The translations under genes were made by a program, and so were the position numbers. A DNA stretch of 64,000 nucleotides from Octopus sinensis (Eukaryota), in contig NC_043002.1 of assembly GCF_006345805.1 (NCBI RefSeq), forward strand, positions 20,708,001-20,772,000. The letters are read 5' to 3'. Under the pieces are notes generated by a model. That model saw only the letters and a program-made list of their open reading frames with translations. It did not search any database and had not been told where the DNA came from. Below, piece after piece: positions 25,493 through 39,602 of this stretch (positions are counted from its first letter, which is position 1; the number at the start of each line of letters is the position of its first letter).

Positions 25493-26491
25493 CAGTGGTG
25501 GCTCGTGCATAGGCACTGCGGAACTGCAACACACCCTATTTCCACTCGATATTATCAATAACATCCAATATAATGAGCCCTTTTTTCTTTAATTCTTCCT
25601 TTACTTTATACTTGTACATTATATAATCCTTAACCTTAATGTCTGTAGCCATCCCCTAATTTATGAAAAAATACGAAAATCCTTGTATAGAACTGTGCGT
25701 TTCACAGTTCCAGCGACGCGGTGTTTGGCGGTTGTGCGCGTCCTCATGCGTCCAAGATAGGAAGCTTCACGCTAGGGAGAGAGAGCATTGTCGTTCACGC
25801 AGTGCCGGTGAAAGGTAGTATTTCTTTTTGACCCCGCGTGTGTTGTGCTTAAAAACGTGTTTATTTTCTTGAATGTGATAAAGTGTAGAATTAGATTATT
25901 ATCCTGCTTCCAGCTTCAGTATTGCTGCCAGGATTTGAAAAATAGGGCACATTTCCCCCCTTATTTTGTCATTTAGGGGGAATTATTGGAAAACAAGGGG
26001 GAATTCGCGGCGGTGTTCATTGAACAAATTAGACACACTACCCGGTAGTGGCTAAAACGCGATCAAGTTTATGTATATATATTCTTTTTATGTGTTTGTT
26101 TCCTTTTACACAATATTAAAACAACGGCTAAAAATTTTCTGAAGTAATACCCCCATTGTGAAGGCACATGGTCTAGTGACTAAAGCAGCGAATTCGGTCG
26201 AGGGATCGCTGGTTCGAATCTCAGACCGGGTGATGTGTGTGTTTATGAGCGAAACACCTAAGCTCCACGCGGCTCCGGCAGAAGGTAACTGCGAACTTCT
26301 GCTGACTCTTTCACCACAACTTTCTCTCTCTTTCCTCCTGCACCTTGCAGCTCACCTGCGACGGACCGGCGTCCCGTCCAGGTGGGGAACATATACGACA
26401 AGGAAACCGGCCCTAATGAATCAGGCGTGGCTCGAGAAGGAACAAACAACAACAACAACACCCCACTAATTTTATTTACGAGCTGCCACTG
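25493..26491 (+). mobile_element. hAT-type MITE, copy 1, interrupted by a SINE
   Basis: TIRs CAGTGGTGGCTCGT / ACGAGCTGCCACTG with 8-bp TSD ATAGTTTG / ATAGTTTC. The body aligns along its length with 42229-42908. Confidence 0.85.
26156..26460 (+). mobile_element. Family C SINE with (AAC)n tail inserted into the hAT MITE
   Basis: tRNA-like head GGCACATGGTCTAGTG...GGTTCGAATCTC; absent from MITE copy 2. Confidence 0.85.
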
Positions 26492-26954
26492 ATAGTTTCC
26501 AAAGTGTTTTGAACAGAACGCCCTGGCGTTTAAAATGAGAAAAGCGAGGTTTTGAGAAAAGCGAGTTGTCATCATCGTCGTTGTTGTTGTTTTTGTATCT
26601 TCAAGATAATCCTGATCCATTAGACCTGTGGTACGTAGGTACTCGAATAGGTTTTAGCCAAATATTCCTTGTCTGGAATATGTCATACTAATGTTAAGAG
26701 TTCAGGATAACACTTCGTATTTTGGAATGCAATGATTGCTGTTGTTGTTGTCGTTATTGTTATGGCTCGACCCCAGGTCTTCTCTGATTGAACACAGACA
26801 CGATGAAAGACATTCCAGCTGTGACCATCCTGTCTTTTTATTATGAATAAATAGGACGGGCATTATCCAGTGTGTCCTTTCCTTATTTAAGACGACATGA
26901 TGTGATTTGAAGATTATTTAGCTACTATTTCTAGCCGGTCGAGCAACTACGTAG

Positions 26955-27101
26955 GAGTGGCTGGGTGGTAAGTAGCTTGCTTACCAACCACATGGTTCCG
27001 GGTTCATTCCCACTTGGGCAAGTGTCTTGTACTATAGCCTTGGGTCGACCAGATTCTTGTGAGTGGATTTGGTAGACGGAAACTGAAAGAAACCCGTCGT
27101 A

Positions 27102-27135
<34 letters not shown>

Positions 27136-27365
27136 CATGTGTGTGTGTATTATGTTTGTGTGTCTGTGTTTGTCCCAACAACATCGCTTGACAACCGATG
27201 CTGGTGTGTTTACGTCTCCGTAACTTAGCGGTTCGGCAAAAGAGACCGACAGAATAAGTACTATGCTTCCAGAGAATAAGTCCTGGGGTCGATTTGCTCG
27301 ACTAAAGGCGGTGCTCCAGCATGGCCGCAGTCAAATGACCGAAACAAGTAAAAGAGTAAAAGAGA
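26955..27365 (+). mobile_element. Family B SINE copy
   Basis: Head, internal microsatellite and 3' module are present. Confidence 0.8.
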
Positions 27366-28572
27366 GTAAAGAGTTATACCCAAGTTATGACAATTAGTGT
27401 TTCTAGCGGATGGAATATCCTCCCACCCTCCGCCATACACACACAGAAACTCCCACAGTAACTGTATTTTATGAGTATAGTTTCTTGTGATGACCACAAG
27501 GGGGTTGGGGAAGGGAACTCAGTGCGAAATTGGTAACCGTAAGTTATTACAAGTTAGTCCTTGTCTTTCATAGTGTATCCAGAAACCCAGTGTATGCTTC
27601 ACAATTTTAAAGACGGTAAAGCACATTTTGATTTAGATTTTTTGACTGGTGCTTCTAGCGAATGGAATATCCCTCCTCCGCCACACACACACACAGAAAC
27701 TCCCACGGTCACTGTACTTCATGAGTATAGGTTCTCGTGATGACCACAATGGAGGTGGGGGACCAAGTGAATTCAGTGCGAATTTGGTAACCGCTAGTTT
27801 CCTGCATTTTTATTTCCTTTTTCGTTTACTGCAGTGACGTCAGAGTCAAACAGTTCTTGTGTTTGACTCTTCACTATGTTTTCTTCCGGCGTTCTATACG
27901 TGACCATCCTATCTCTTCTCTGGTCGACTTTGCCTTTCATCCTTTCAAGGTCGATAAATAAAGTACCATTTACGCACTGGGGTCGATGTAATCAACTTAA
28001 CCCGTTTGTCTGTCCTTGTTCGTCCTCTCTGTGTTTAACCCCTTGTGGGTAGTAAAGAAATATATATTATAAAAATGACATGACTATATTGATCGATTTT
28101 AATACAGTAGGATGATATTTGAGGGAATTTGACTGCGGTTCCTAACAGGTCAGGAGACTACATAGAAGCTGCCTTGTTCGCTTGAGGATAGTAAGTCACT
28201 ATTGTGGGTGGATTAGGAAGGTTTTGAATCTCAGTCTCTTCCTCCGTTAGATCAATATAAATATCCTGATAGCATTATATTTCCTGTTTGTTTAAATTGT
28301 GTATGTATGTATGTAATAGTGTGTATGTGAGGTGGGTAATTAGGCGAGGTTCGGCTTATGTATATGTGAGTGTGTAAAGCGTAGGAGGGGTTTAGTTCAC
28401 TTGTGATCTAAACGAATAGGTACGTCGACTCTGCTTTGGTTTTGATCTTTTCATTTCTCGTTTACTGCGGTGATCATAATCAAACATACATATATTTGCT
28501 CGACTAAAGGCGGTGCTCCAGCATGGCCGCAACCAGATGACAGAAACAAATAAAAGAATAAAAGAAAAAAAA

Positions 28573-28737
28573 GGAATGGCTGTGTGGTAAGTAGCTTGCT
28601 TACTAACTACATGGTTCCGGGTTCAGTCCCACTGCGTAGCACCTTTGGCAAGTATCTTCTACTATTGCCTCAGGCCGACCAAAGCCTTGTGAGTGGATTT
28701 GGTAGACGGAAACTGAGAGGAGACCGTCGTATATAAG

Positions 28738-28835
<98 letters not shown>

Positions 28836-29050
28836 TGTGTTTCTGTGTTTGTGTGTCTGTGTTTGTCAATCAGCATCGCTTGACAGCCGATGGTGGTGTG
28901 TTTACATCCCCGTAACTTAGCGGTTCAGCAAAAGAGACCGATAGAATAAGTACTAGGCTTACAAAGAAAAAGTCCTGGGGTCGATTTGCTCGAATAAAAG
29001 CAGTGCTCCAGCATGGCCGCAGTCAAATGACTGAAACAAGTAAAAGAGTA
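28573..29050 (+). mobile_element. Family B SINE copy
   Basis: Head, long internal (TA)/(TG) tract and 3' module are present. Confidence 0.8.
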
Positions 29051-30529
29051 AATACGTATGAATATTTTTGTTTTTACGCCTAGTGTAACAGATACGTTAG
29101 AACAAGTTCATATATGTTTATATGCGTGTGTTATCCCATATATATACATATACGTAAACTGCGAATGTATGGGTTACTTGCTACCACTGGTATTGTTGAA
29201 CTGTAACCCAGTAATAGTTGTGATATGACCGGGTTGACGGTGTATCTGCTACGCATCCTTGATGAAGAGAGCTGCAAGAAATGAACCCAACCAAAATTTT
29301 GAATGGATCTTGTCAACCCAACCAAAATAGCAGTAATACACTAAGGTATAGCAATGCTCGAGGTGGTGGAAGAACACGCTGTATAACCATTTTGGAAGAT
29401 ATGGATGCCTAGCTCTTCTTATCCCAGCTGTTAGGAGAAGGATACTTTCATATAAAACTTGAATTTCGTTCACTTTCAGGACATCTTAAACAATGTTGGG
29501 TTACCATGAGGCAAACACTTTTTTGTGAAAACTGAATTCAGTTCGGTGAATACTTTATTCACTACAGGTGGCGATTGACCTAATGGTTTAGGGTGTTGCT
29601 GTCATGGTCGCAAGATTGTAGTTTCGATTCTCGGACCGAGCGGTGCGTTGTGTTTTTGAACAAAATACTTTATCTCTTGATGTTTCAGTTCACTCAACTA
29701 TATATGAGTAACCTTGCTACTGCCTGGCATCCTTATGTGGTGATCTCGGCCACTTATACGTCATGGAAATCGAGTAATCTTTCCCTGTGAATACCCCGGA
29801 CTCAAGAAATTAATATCGAGAAATTAATATTCCTTACGAAAGCGGTGAGCTGGCAGAATCGTTAGCACGCTGGGCAAAATGCTTAGCGGCATTTCGTCCG
29901 TTTTTAAGTTCTGAACTCAAATTCTGCCGTAGGCGACTTTGTCTTTCATTTTTTTCGGGGTCGATAAATTAAGTACCATTGAAGCACTGGGTTCGATGTA
30001 ATCGACTAGTCCCCTCCCCACAAATTCCAGGTCTTGTGCCTTCATAGAAAGGATTATTACTCTTTTCTACTCTAGGCACAAGGTAAGTAGCTCGAAATTT
30101 GGGGGGAGGGAGCCAGTCGATTAGATTGATCTCAGTACGCAACTGGTACTTAATTTATCGACCCAGAAAGGATGAAAGGCAAAGTCGACCTCAGTGGAAT
30201 TTGAACTCAGAACTTAAAAGCGGACGAAATGCAGCTAATCATTTCGCTCGGCGTGCTAACGTTGCTTATTTCTTTATTACCTAACAAGGGGCTAAACATA
30301 GAGGGGACAAACACGGACAGACAAAGGAATTAAGCCATTTACATCGACCCCAGTGCGTAACTGGTACTTAATTTATCGACCCCGAAAGGATGAAAGGCTA
30401 AGTCGACCTCGGCGGCATTTGAACACACACACACATGATAAACATACATATATATACGCACACATATAAATATGTTTGTACATGTATTTGTGCGTATGCG
30501 TGTGTATGTGTGTGTGTATATATATATAT

Positions 30530-30782
30530 ATCACCGTGATCACCGTGACGGACCAGGCTATCAGATGCTGCTACACATCGCTGGTCACAATGCGCTTCGC
30601 ATTGTTTTAGCCTTCAAATGACGCGAGCAGGCCAACAGAAGAAAGACTGAGAGAAAGTTGTGACGAAAGAGTACAGCCTCGTTGAGCTAAATAAACACTT
30701 ACAACGCCCGGTCTGGGAATCGAAACCGCGATCCTACAACTGCGAGTCCGCTGCCCTAACCACTGGGCCATTGCGCCTCCAT

Positions 30783-30785
<3 letters not shown>
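30530..30785 (-). mobile_element. tRNA-derived SINE (family D), internally deleted
   Basis: Minus-strand head TGGAGGCGCAATGGCCCAGTGGTTAGG...GTTTCGATTCCC. Related pieces lie at 32605-32865 and 52160-52275. Confidence 0.7.
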
Positions 30786-30850
<65 letters not shown>

Positions 30851-30853
30851 GCA

Positions 30854-30884
<31 letters not shown>

Positions 30885-31540
30885 ATGTATGTATGTATGT
30901 ATGTATGTATGTATGTATGTATGTATGTGAATATATTTGTGAGCCTGGTATAGTAGTTATGTAAGCTTCAGTATGTGTGCTTGAATTTTCATATATGAGG
31001 GAGTGTGCGAGTGTGTGTGCGTGTACAAAAGTATAAGCTAGGTGTGTACTTGATAAGAAGTTGGTTTAATGTGTAAGCGTGTGTGTGTGTACGTGTTTTT
31101 AAGTTTGGTGCATTACGGCCAAGGCCATGCTAGAGCACAGTATGAATATGTATATTCTTCCATGTTTACTCTTTCACTTCCTCTATATCAAGATGAGTCA
31201 TCGTTACACACAAACCTCTACACATAGTCCTAGATATTGTCTTACACACGCTGTTTCTAAACATTTCCTAGCCTATCCTTCAAAGAAAGCATGAAATTGT
31301 TTTCTCATGCTAGCAAGCATCGTATAACATTGTTGCGACTCTAAGTTTGGTGTTACGGCTGAGATTCGATCGTGAAATCTTTTCTTGGTTCTATGACAAT
31401 GAAAGAAACTACCCTCAGCTAATTCCTTCAGACCATTTTAAGGAATCCAAATTTAAGCTTTTCTCTCTCTCAAATATCTGCTTTGTCTCTATATCTCGCC
31501 ATTGTTATTTCAATTGTCTTACAATGTCTCTTTCTCTTTT

Positions 31541-31946
31541 TTTTCTCTTTTTACTTGTTTCAGTCATTTTGACTGCGGCCATGCTGGTGCACCGCCTTTA
31601 ATCGAGCAACTCGACCCCGGGACTTATTCTTTGTAAGCCCAGTACTTATTCTATCGGTCTCTTTTGCCGAACCGCTAAGTGACGGGGACATAAACACACC
31701 AGCATCGGTTGTCAAGCAATGCTAGGGGGACAAACACAGACACACAAACATACACGCACATACATATATATACATATATACGACAGGCTTCTTTCAGTTT
31801 CCGTCTACCAAATCCACCCACAAGGCTTTGGTCGGCCCGAGGCTATAGTAGAAGACACTTGCCCAAGATGCCACGCAGTGGGACTGAACCCGGAACCATG
31901 TGGTTGGTAAACAAGCTACTTACCACACAGCCACTCCTGCGCCTAT
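31541..31946 (-). mobile_element. Family B SINE, near-consensus copy
   Basis: Full reverse-complement match to 20315-20722. Confidence 0.85.
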
Positions 31947-32918
31947 ATAGCCACTCCTGCGCCTATATGGCCACTTCTGCGCCTATATGTCTCTCTATAA
32001 TTCTCTAGAAATTTCTGTAGTTTTCTCCAATTCTTTATGGGTGCAGGCATATGTCTCTGGTTCAAAAGTTCGCTTTACAACAACAGGTGGTTTCTGGTTC
32101 AGCTAAAGTTTTACAATGTTCAAAATACAAATGACTAAGTTGGGAGAAAAAACATGCGAAACTGAGCCGTTAGCGGTTCATATTCTAGTTACATCGGATC
32201 GGATTCATTTTATCGTTGGCTCTAAGAGTTACTAATACACTCGGAGGCCGAGTTCATCAAGCTTTGAGCAGGTATGCTATCTATTTCGTGCCTGCACAAT
32301 TCTACTCACTGCTAAAAGAAGCGGTATCATGATAGATATCAGGGAGTACTCTGTGTCGATGTCCGTAACCCCCACACACTTCTTGGATCACAAAAGACTG
32401 AGTTTGACTTGGCTCAGTGCTAATAGCTGGATGAAAGCTGTAGAAAAGACGAGAGCTTTGTTATTTGTGGTGTTCAGAGCGAAGTGTAGAGTCAGGTGGA
32501 ATATCAAGTGCAGAGTGCAGTGTCGATTTCGGAATGCCGTGCCGTGTGGGGAGAGTAGTATCGAGTACAGAGCACAATACCGAGCACTAAGTGAAGTATA
32601 CCCTTAACGTAGTTCACGGTGAGATTCGGCGTGACACAGAGTGTGACAAGGCTGGCCCTTTGAAATACAGGTACAACAGAAGGAGTGAGAGAAAGTTGTG
32701 GTAAAAGAGTACAGCAGGGTTTGCCACCACCGCCTGCCGGAGCCTCATGGAGCCTTAGGTGTTTTCACTCAATAAACACTCGCAACGCCCGGTCTGGGAA
32801 TCGAAACCACGATCCTACGACCGCGAGTCCGCTGCTCTAACCACTGGGCCATTGCGCCTCCACACAAACATACATACATACATACATACATACATACATA
32901 CATACATACATACACACA

Positions 32919-32995
<77 letters not shown>

Positions 32996-33003
32996 ATATA
33001 ATA

Positions 33004-33051
<48 letters not shown>

Positions 33052-33084
33052 TATATATATTATATATATATATTAGTCCTTTAT

Positions 33085-33487
33085 TCTTTTACTTGTTTCA
33101 GTCATTTGACCGCGGACTATTCTGGAATACCGTCTCGAAAGATTTTAGTCAAACAATCGACCTCAGAGCTCATTTTTTAAAGCCTAGTACTTATTCTATC
33201 CGTCATTTTTGTCGAACCACTAAGTTACAGGAACGTAAACACACCAACATCAGTTGTCAAGAATTGGGGGGGGGGGGCAAACATTGAAACACACACACAT
33301 ACACACATACGCACATACATACGACGAGCGTCTTTCAGTTTCCATCTACGAAATCCATTCACAAGACTTTGGTCGGCCCGAGGCAATAGTAGAAGACACT
33401 TGCTCAAGGTGCCACGTAGTGGGACTGAACCTGGAACTATGTGGTTGGGAAGCAAGCTTCTTACACACGGCCACGCCTGCGCCTACT
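33085..33487 (-). mobile_element. Family B SINE copy (diverged)
   Basis: Head and 3' module are recognisable. Confidence 0.75.
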
Positions 33488-33524
33488 ATATGTGTATATG
33501 TGTGTGTGTATGTGTACTTATATA

Positions 33525-33558
<34 letters not shown>

Positions 33559-33608
33559 CTATATATATATATGTATGTGTATATATATATGTGTATTATA
33601 TATATATA

Positions 33609-33651
<43 letters not shown>

Positions 33652-34391
33652 CATACATACATACATACATGCACACATTAATATGTATGTGTGTGTGCGT
33701 ACATGGATAAATATATATCTATTTATATCTAAATAATATCCAAATAAGATTAGAGATACTCAAATAACAAAGCGAACTTACTTCATTTGATATGGTTGTT
33801 GTGAAAGCTGTTGTTGCTGTTGTTAATGTGAATTATATTGATGGTATGTGTAATGTGTGTGTGTGTGTGTGTGTGCGTGTATGTGTGTGATGTGTGTGGA
33901 GCGTGTGATATTGTGTGCGTATGAGTGGCTGTATACGTACGTATATTCCATTTCCTTGTTTAGGAAATAATTCAACAGCTGACGTGTATACTTCCAATCC
34001 ACTTCTTCCAACAAGTCCTTCGTTCCTTTTATCCATTTTCAGATGTGGAGGCAAGCGATACAATTCTGCACCGTTTCTATCAACACCCAACAGTTTTGGG
34101 TTTCATTCGGAGGGAGTATTTCAAACTGGAAGTTTCCTTTGAGTTCATAGTGTAGACTTTTGTCTGTGGAAAATCTGTTAACGATGTTTTATCACTGCAT
34201 ATAAGACGACGTCATGCAGACACCAAGTCTGGAAGTCATCTGGAAGTCTGGAAGTCTGGCTGTCGCAAAAATACGGAACGGGTATGTTAATGGGTTGTGG
34301 TTTATGGTTTATGGTTTATAGCATAAATGAAGACATACAGGCATATATGCATGCATGCACACATACACAAACATATTAATACATATGTGTG

Positions 34392-34458
<67 letters not shown>

Positions 34459-34461
34459 ATA

Positions 34462-35721
34462 CAGGGTGCATAAGGTAGTTCAGGACATAACATTTTTGGG
34501 TCATTGCTGCATTTTTTGCTAACTCTGTACAATCTTTGTTTCAGAAAATAATAATGCCAGACACTCAGCTTACTCAAGAAATGAAGAGGCATGTTGTTAT
34601 TGTGGTTATAGAGGCTGAGCATCGCGATTTAGAAACATCTCGATTTTTAAAAGTTGCCAGATCTTTCGTCTACAAAGTTTGTAAGGTGCTAGAGACTGAA
34701 GATGGAAACGTATCACCAATATCAAAGCATAAAAAGCATTCTAAATGCTCTGAAATAATCAGAACACCTGAATTTATCCAGCAAGTTCAATAGACCATTG
34801 ATTACAATCCCAGAAAGTCTATGATGTCAATTTCAAAAGATTTCCATGTATCAGAATAAACAGTCAGAAATGTTGTCCACGAAGACATCAGATATAAGTC
34901 TTATATGATGAGGAAAGGTCAATTTGTTTGAAAAAGCAAAAGAAAATCACTACATCAGATCTAAAAGGCTCTTAAACAAACTGAAAAATCCAGCAGATTT
35001 GATTTAGTTTTTCTCATACGAGAAAAACTTCGACCAAGATCAAAAACTCAACAGAAGAAATGACAGATGGTTATGTGCAGACCTTTCTGAAGTTCCAAGT
35101 GTTATGCATACAAAATTTCCTTCAACTGTCATGGTGTTAGGGTTTGTCAGCAATGAAGGACATGTGATGCTTACTTACTTCTTTCAACAAAGCCTTATAG
35201 TTAAATCTGCCGCCTACCTTGAGGTCCTGGAAATAATTGTTAATCCCTGAATAGACAGTGTATGCAATGGAAAGCCATATGTGTTTCAGTAAGACTCTGC
35301 GCTATCACACATGGCTCTAGTAACACAGGGATCGATGGTTGAAAATTTTCATGATCACATATCTCCTAACATTTGGCCTCCTAATTCCCCAGATCTCAAT
35401 CAATCGGACTATTACATGTGGAGTGTTGTTGAAAGAGAGATCAATGAACACGCCCATAACACCAAAGATTCTTTGAAAGCTGCCATAGTCAGAGTAATGT
35501 CCAAAATGAACCAGGACCACTTGAATTGAGTATGTAGATGACTTAGATCTCATAGAGAAGCAGTTGTTGATGCTGAAGGTGAATTTATTGAATAACATTA
35601 TAGAAAAGAAAGTTTTTTTTATCCTGATTGCATTGTTTGATAAATAAAGTTATTATCTGTTATTATATATCTGTTTTTTTTTAATAAACATAAATCTGTC
35701 TTCAAATATCTTACGCATCTG
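34462..35721 (+). mobile_element. Tc1/mariner-superfamily DD37D (maT-type) transposon, full length but inactivated
   Basis: Decayed transposase from about 34554 to 35595 with FFSYEKNF (first catalytic D replaced by Y) and *DSALSH...WPPNSPDLNQSD; I count 37 residues between the second and third D. Degenerate TIRs of about 26 bp (CAGGGTGCATAAGGTAGTTCAGGACA / TGTCTTCAAATATCTTACGCATCTG), with TA on both flanks. It has several stops and frameshifts. Confidence 0.88.
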
Positions 35722-37049
35722 TATATATATATACACATACACGAATACACACATATAGTAATAAAGATGTAGGAATACATACAAGTATTCTATATGAAAT
35801 ACTCTTAAATATGTGCATACGTATGACGTATAGACATAGGAGCATGTATATATGTTTGTGTGTATGTATATGTGTGTGTATGTGTGTTACATGCATGCAT
35901 CTACACACATGCATGCACGCGTGGGTATATTTATAAAAACTACGTATACACTCGCATACAAGTATACATAAATACATACTCTCTCTTCCTCTCTTTCACA
36001 CATACACACGCACGCACACACACACGCAGGTACACACACACACACACACGCACGCACACATGCATACAAGCACACACACACTCACGTTAGCAAATATTAA
36101 TGCAAACAAAATTGTGATTGAAGAATGTTATACCAGTTTAAACAAATATGGCAGTTGGAACTTTCCTCTTATAAGTTCCGTTCATATCCTGTAATACATT
36201 TGAAATATCAGGCCTGGTGCCAAAAACATTTGAGGTACTTTACTTGCCTATAGAGGAAATCCACTCCATAAATAGGAAAACTCTGCAAAGTGCTGACATT
36301 AACTGGAAGCTTACATGGAAGCAGTGATATTCAGAGATTTTATCTCAGAAGAAAAGTGGGCAAAGAAGCTTAAGATCAATTCAGATCAGTCCTTGGGTGT
36401 TGTATGATAATACCCAGACAGCATCTGCTGAACAACACCAGGGAAAATTAATATTTTGATATGGGCTCAAGCAGGAAAAAGACGACGTTTTACGGCGAGA
36501 GAATGAATTCCTCAAAAAGTACTCACGTTTCATGCGACATCAGAATTACTGGATTAGCGTACTTTAGCAAAGGCTTGGAGGAGAGGACACACTGTACATG
36601 TCCGCATAGACACACATTCAAAGGTTATACATGGATGCACAAGTTTGTTTCTTGTAAATCTGAAACTAATGCTAACATGTTAAACATGAAGCGTTGTCAC
36701 TCTTGGTGCCATAAAAACCACGAAATGTACGCGTAGTAGACATGATACAATTGTTTGTAACAGAAAAGAATAAATATGGGCTGTTGTAGAGATCAATTAC
36801 GCTGTAGCCCGTAGAAAGGATAGGCTTTAAGATTAAAACATATGAAGTTAGATCGAAGCGGCGGGCATAATCACATATACTAATGTGAAAGAATATCGAT
36901 GGAACAATTTACTAAAACCTCTGATATGTAATAAGTAAAACAATCAAGACAAAATGATCTTGGAAAAGGAAAAGGAAGTCTGCACAGTGGGAGAAATCTG
37001 CTGTTCAGTTGATGTTAACAGTGGAAATAAATAAAATGTAAATAAATAA

Positions 37050-37289
37050 ATAGGCATAAGAGTGGTTGTGTGGTAAGAAGCTCGCTTCCCAACTACGTGG
37101 TTCTAGGTTCAGTCCCATTGCGTGGCATCTTGGACACTTGTCTTCTACTATAGCCTCGAGTCAACCAAAGCCTTGTGAGTGGATTTGGTAGGCGGAAACT
37201 GAAATAATTCCATCATACACACACACGCACACACACGCGCACACACGCACGCACACAGACACGCACACACGCACACACGCACACACACG

Positions 37290-37323
<34 letters not shown>

Positions 37324-37422
37324 CGCATACATACGAGTAAGCACATAAATGCGAAATAAGGTTGAAAATAGTACTCGAATACCGAAGGTAGAGTAATATG
37401 CTTTTGCAGGTTTAATAAAGAA

Positions 37423-37484
<62 letters not shown>

Positions 37485-37700
37485 TTGTGTGTATGTGCTT
37501 GTGTGTGTATTTGTGCCCCATCACCGCTTGACAACCGGTGTTGGTATTTTACGTCCCTGTAACTTAGCAGTTCGGCAAAAGAGACTGATAGAATAAGTAC
37601 CAACTTTAAAAGAAAAAGAAGTACTAGGGAGTGGGTCAAGTCATTCGACTATAATTCCTCAAGGCGGGGCTCCAGCGTGACCGCAGTCTAATTCTTGAAA
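37050..37700 (+). mobile_element. Family B SINE copy with an enlarged interior
   Basis: Head at about 37050-37205 and 3' module at about 37500-37700, separated by microsatellites and a short unrelated insert. Confidence 0.7.
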
Positions 37701-38306
37701 CAGAAAAAAAAATCGAAGAGAAAAGATAAATAATTAAACTATGTCGAATGAATGGGAAATCTGTAAATGCTACTCCCAGACTATAACTTCAGATTTGCCT
37801 TGGTAATTAATGGGTCTCTAAGTGACTTAACTTTCTGGCTCAGCACCAATTCTGAGTCTATTGTGGAAGTTATTTTGCCCAAGATGTCACGCAATTGAGT
37901 CGAACACGAGATCTAGGGATTGCGAAGTGATCCGTTATCCATTCAGTAATGGCTGGGCCTAGCAAGCTATAAACATGCGAGCAGTCTTTTTTTCTTTTCT
38001 TTTATTTCGCCATTGGTTCAGTCATTGGACTACGGCCATGCTGTGGCAACGCCTTGAAGGGTTTGGTCGAGCAAATCAACCGAAATACTTATTTTTAAAA
38101 CCTGGTACATATTCTATCGATCTTTTTAGTAGAAGACACAATTCCAAGGTGCTGCGTAGCAGGATTGAACGCGAAACAACGAGATGGCAAAGCGGGCTTC
38201 TGAACCACATCGCCATGCTTACGTTTATAGATCTGTGTACGAACATAGTTCAAGAACTCAAAGACTATCATGTCTATTGTAATTTACTTGTTTTTATGTT
38301 TTTAAG

Positions 38307-38342
<36 letters not shown>

Positions 38343-39358
38343 CACACACACACACACATACACACACACACACATTTATAAGCACATACACACGCTCGCA
38401 CGCATACAAGCATGTACACGGTAAAACATATACACAGACCGATCAACATACATGGACGCATGCACGCATATAGCCTTCCCCCTCCTCCTTTCCTTTTCCC
38501 TTCTCATCCATTCTTAACACTACCCTGCAGCCTCTTTTTAATATGGCAACATCGATCACAGATAATTGAATTGCTTGTAGCAGACGTTCCACACACATAC
38601 ACATATCTATATACAACAAAACATACGCACACATACATGTAAACATATACATATATATACACACACTACACATGGTCATGCGCGTATTGGCACATACGTA
38701 GATACTATATTTGTGTGTGAATGAGCGTGTGGGTGCATATATATATATGCGTATTTTACATCAAAGTTTCCCCCTAAAATTGCAGGATTGCATGTATCGT
38801 CTGCAGAACTGAACTCACGCAAATGTATCAGTTATACTGGCAGCTATTGGGCGGCAATGATGGCGGCGGTGAATGCGGTTCCGTCTTTGAGAGCACACGC
38901 GTGTACATGTGTTATATGATTAAGTGGTTTTTCTGTGTAGGTTTATGTATATGTCGGCATGCATGTATCTATCTGTATGAGTGTTGGTGTGTGTGTGGTC
39001 TATATATCTAATATTTATATGACGTCCATATTATTCAGTGGAACAGAGAGCTACTTTATCAAAAACAAGCTTTTATTTTCGGGTTTAGTCTACTATTAGA
39101 ACGTGTTTAACATACATATACACATACATACTTACAAACATAACTCACACACACACGCATACACATATACGTACACAGAGGCACAAAGATATATATACAT
39201 ATATCTACACACACACATGAATTTATGCTGAAATGCGAATGTTAATGCACACTTATGTACTTACGTACATACACACATATCGTATTTGTACATATGCATA
39301 TATGTACACATGTTGTGTGTGCGTACGCATGTGTGTGTCACAGCATGTATGTGTGCGC

Positions 39359-39359
<1 letters not shown>

Positions 39360-39404
<45 letters not shown>

Positions 39405-39523
39405 TGATGATGATGATGATGATGATGAGGATGATGATGATGATGATGATGATAATAATAATAATAATAATGATGATGATGATGATGATGATGATAATAA
39501 TAATTATAATAATAATAATAATA

Positions 39524-39601
<78 letters not shown>

Positions 39602-39602
39602 T
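39360..39602. repeat. Alternating (AAT)n/(GAT)n compound microsatellite
   Basis: Directly visible. Confidence 0.95.
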
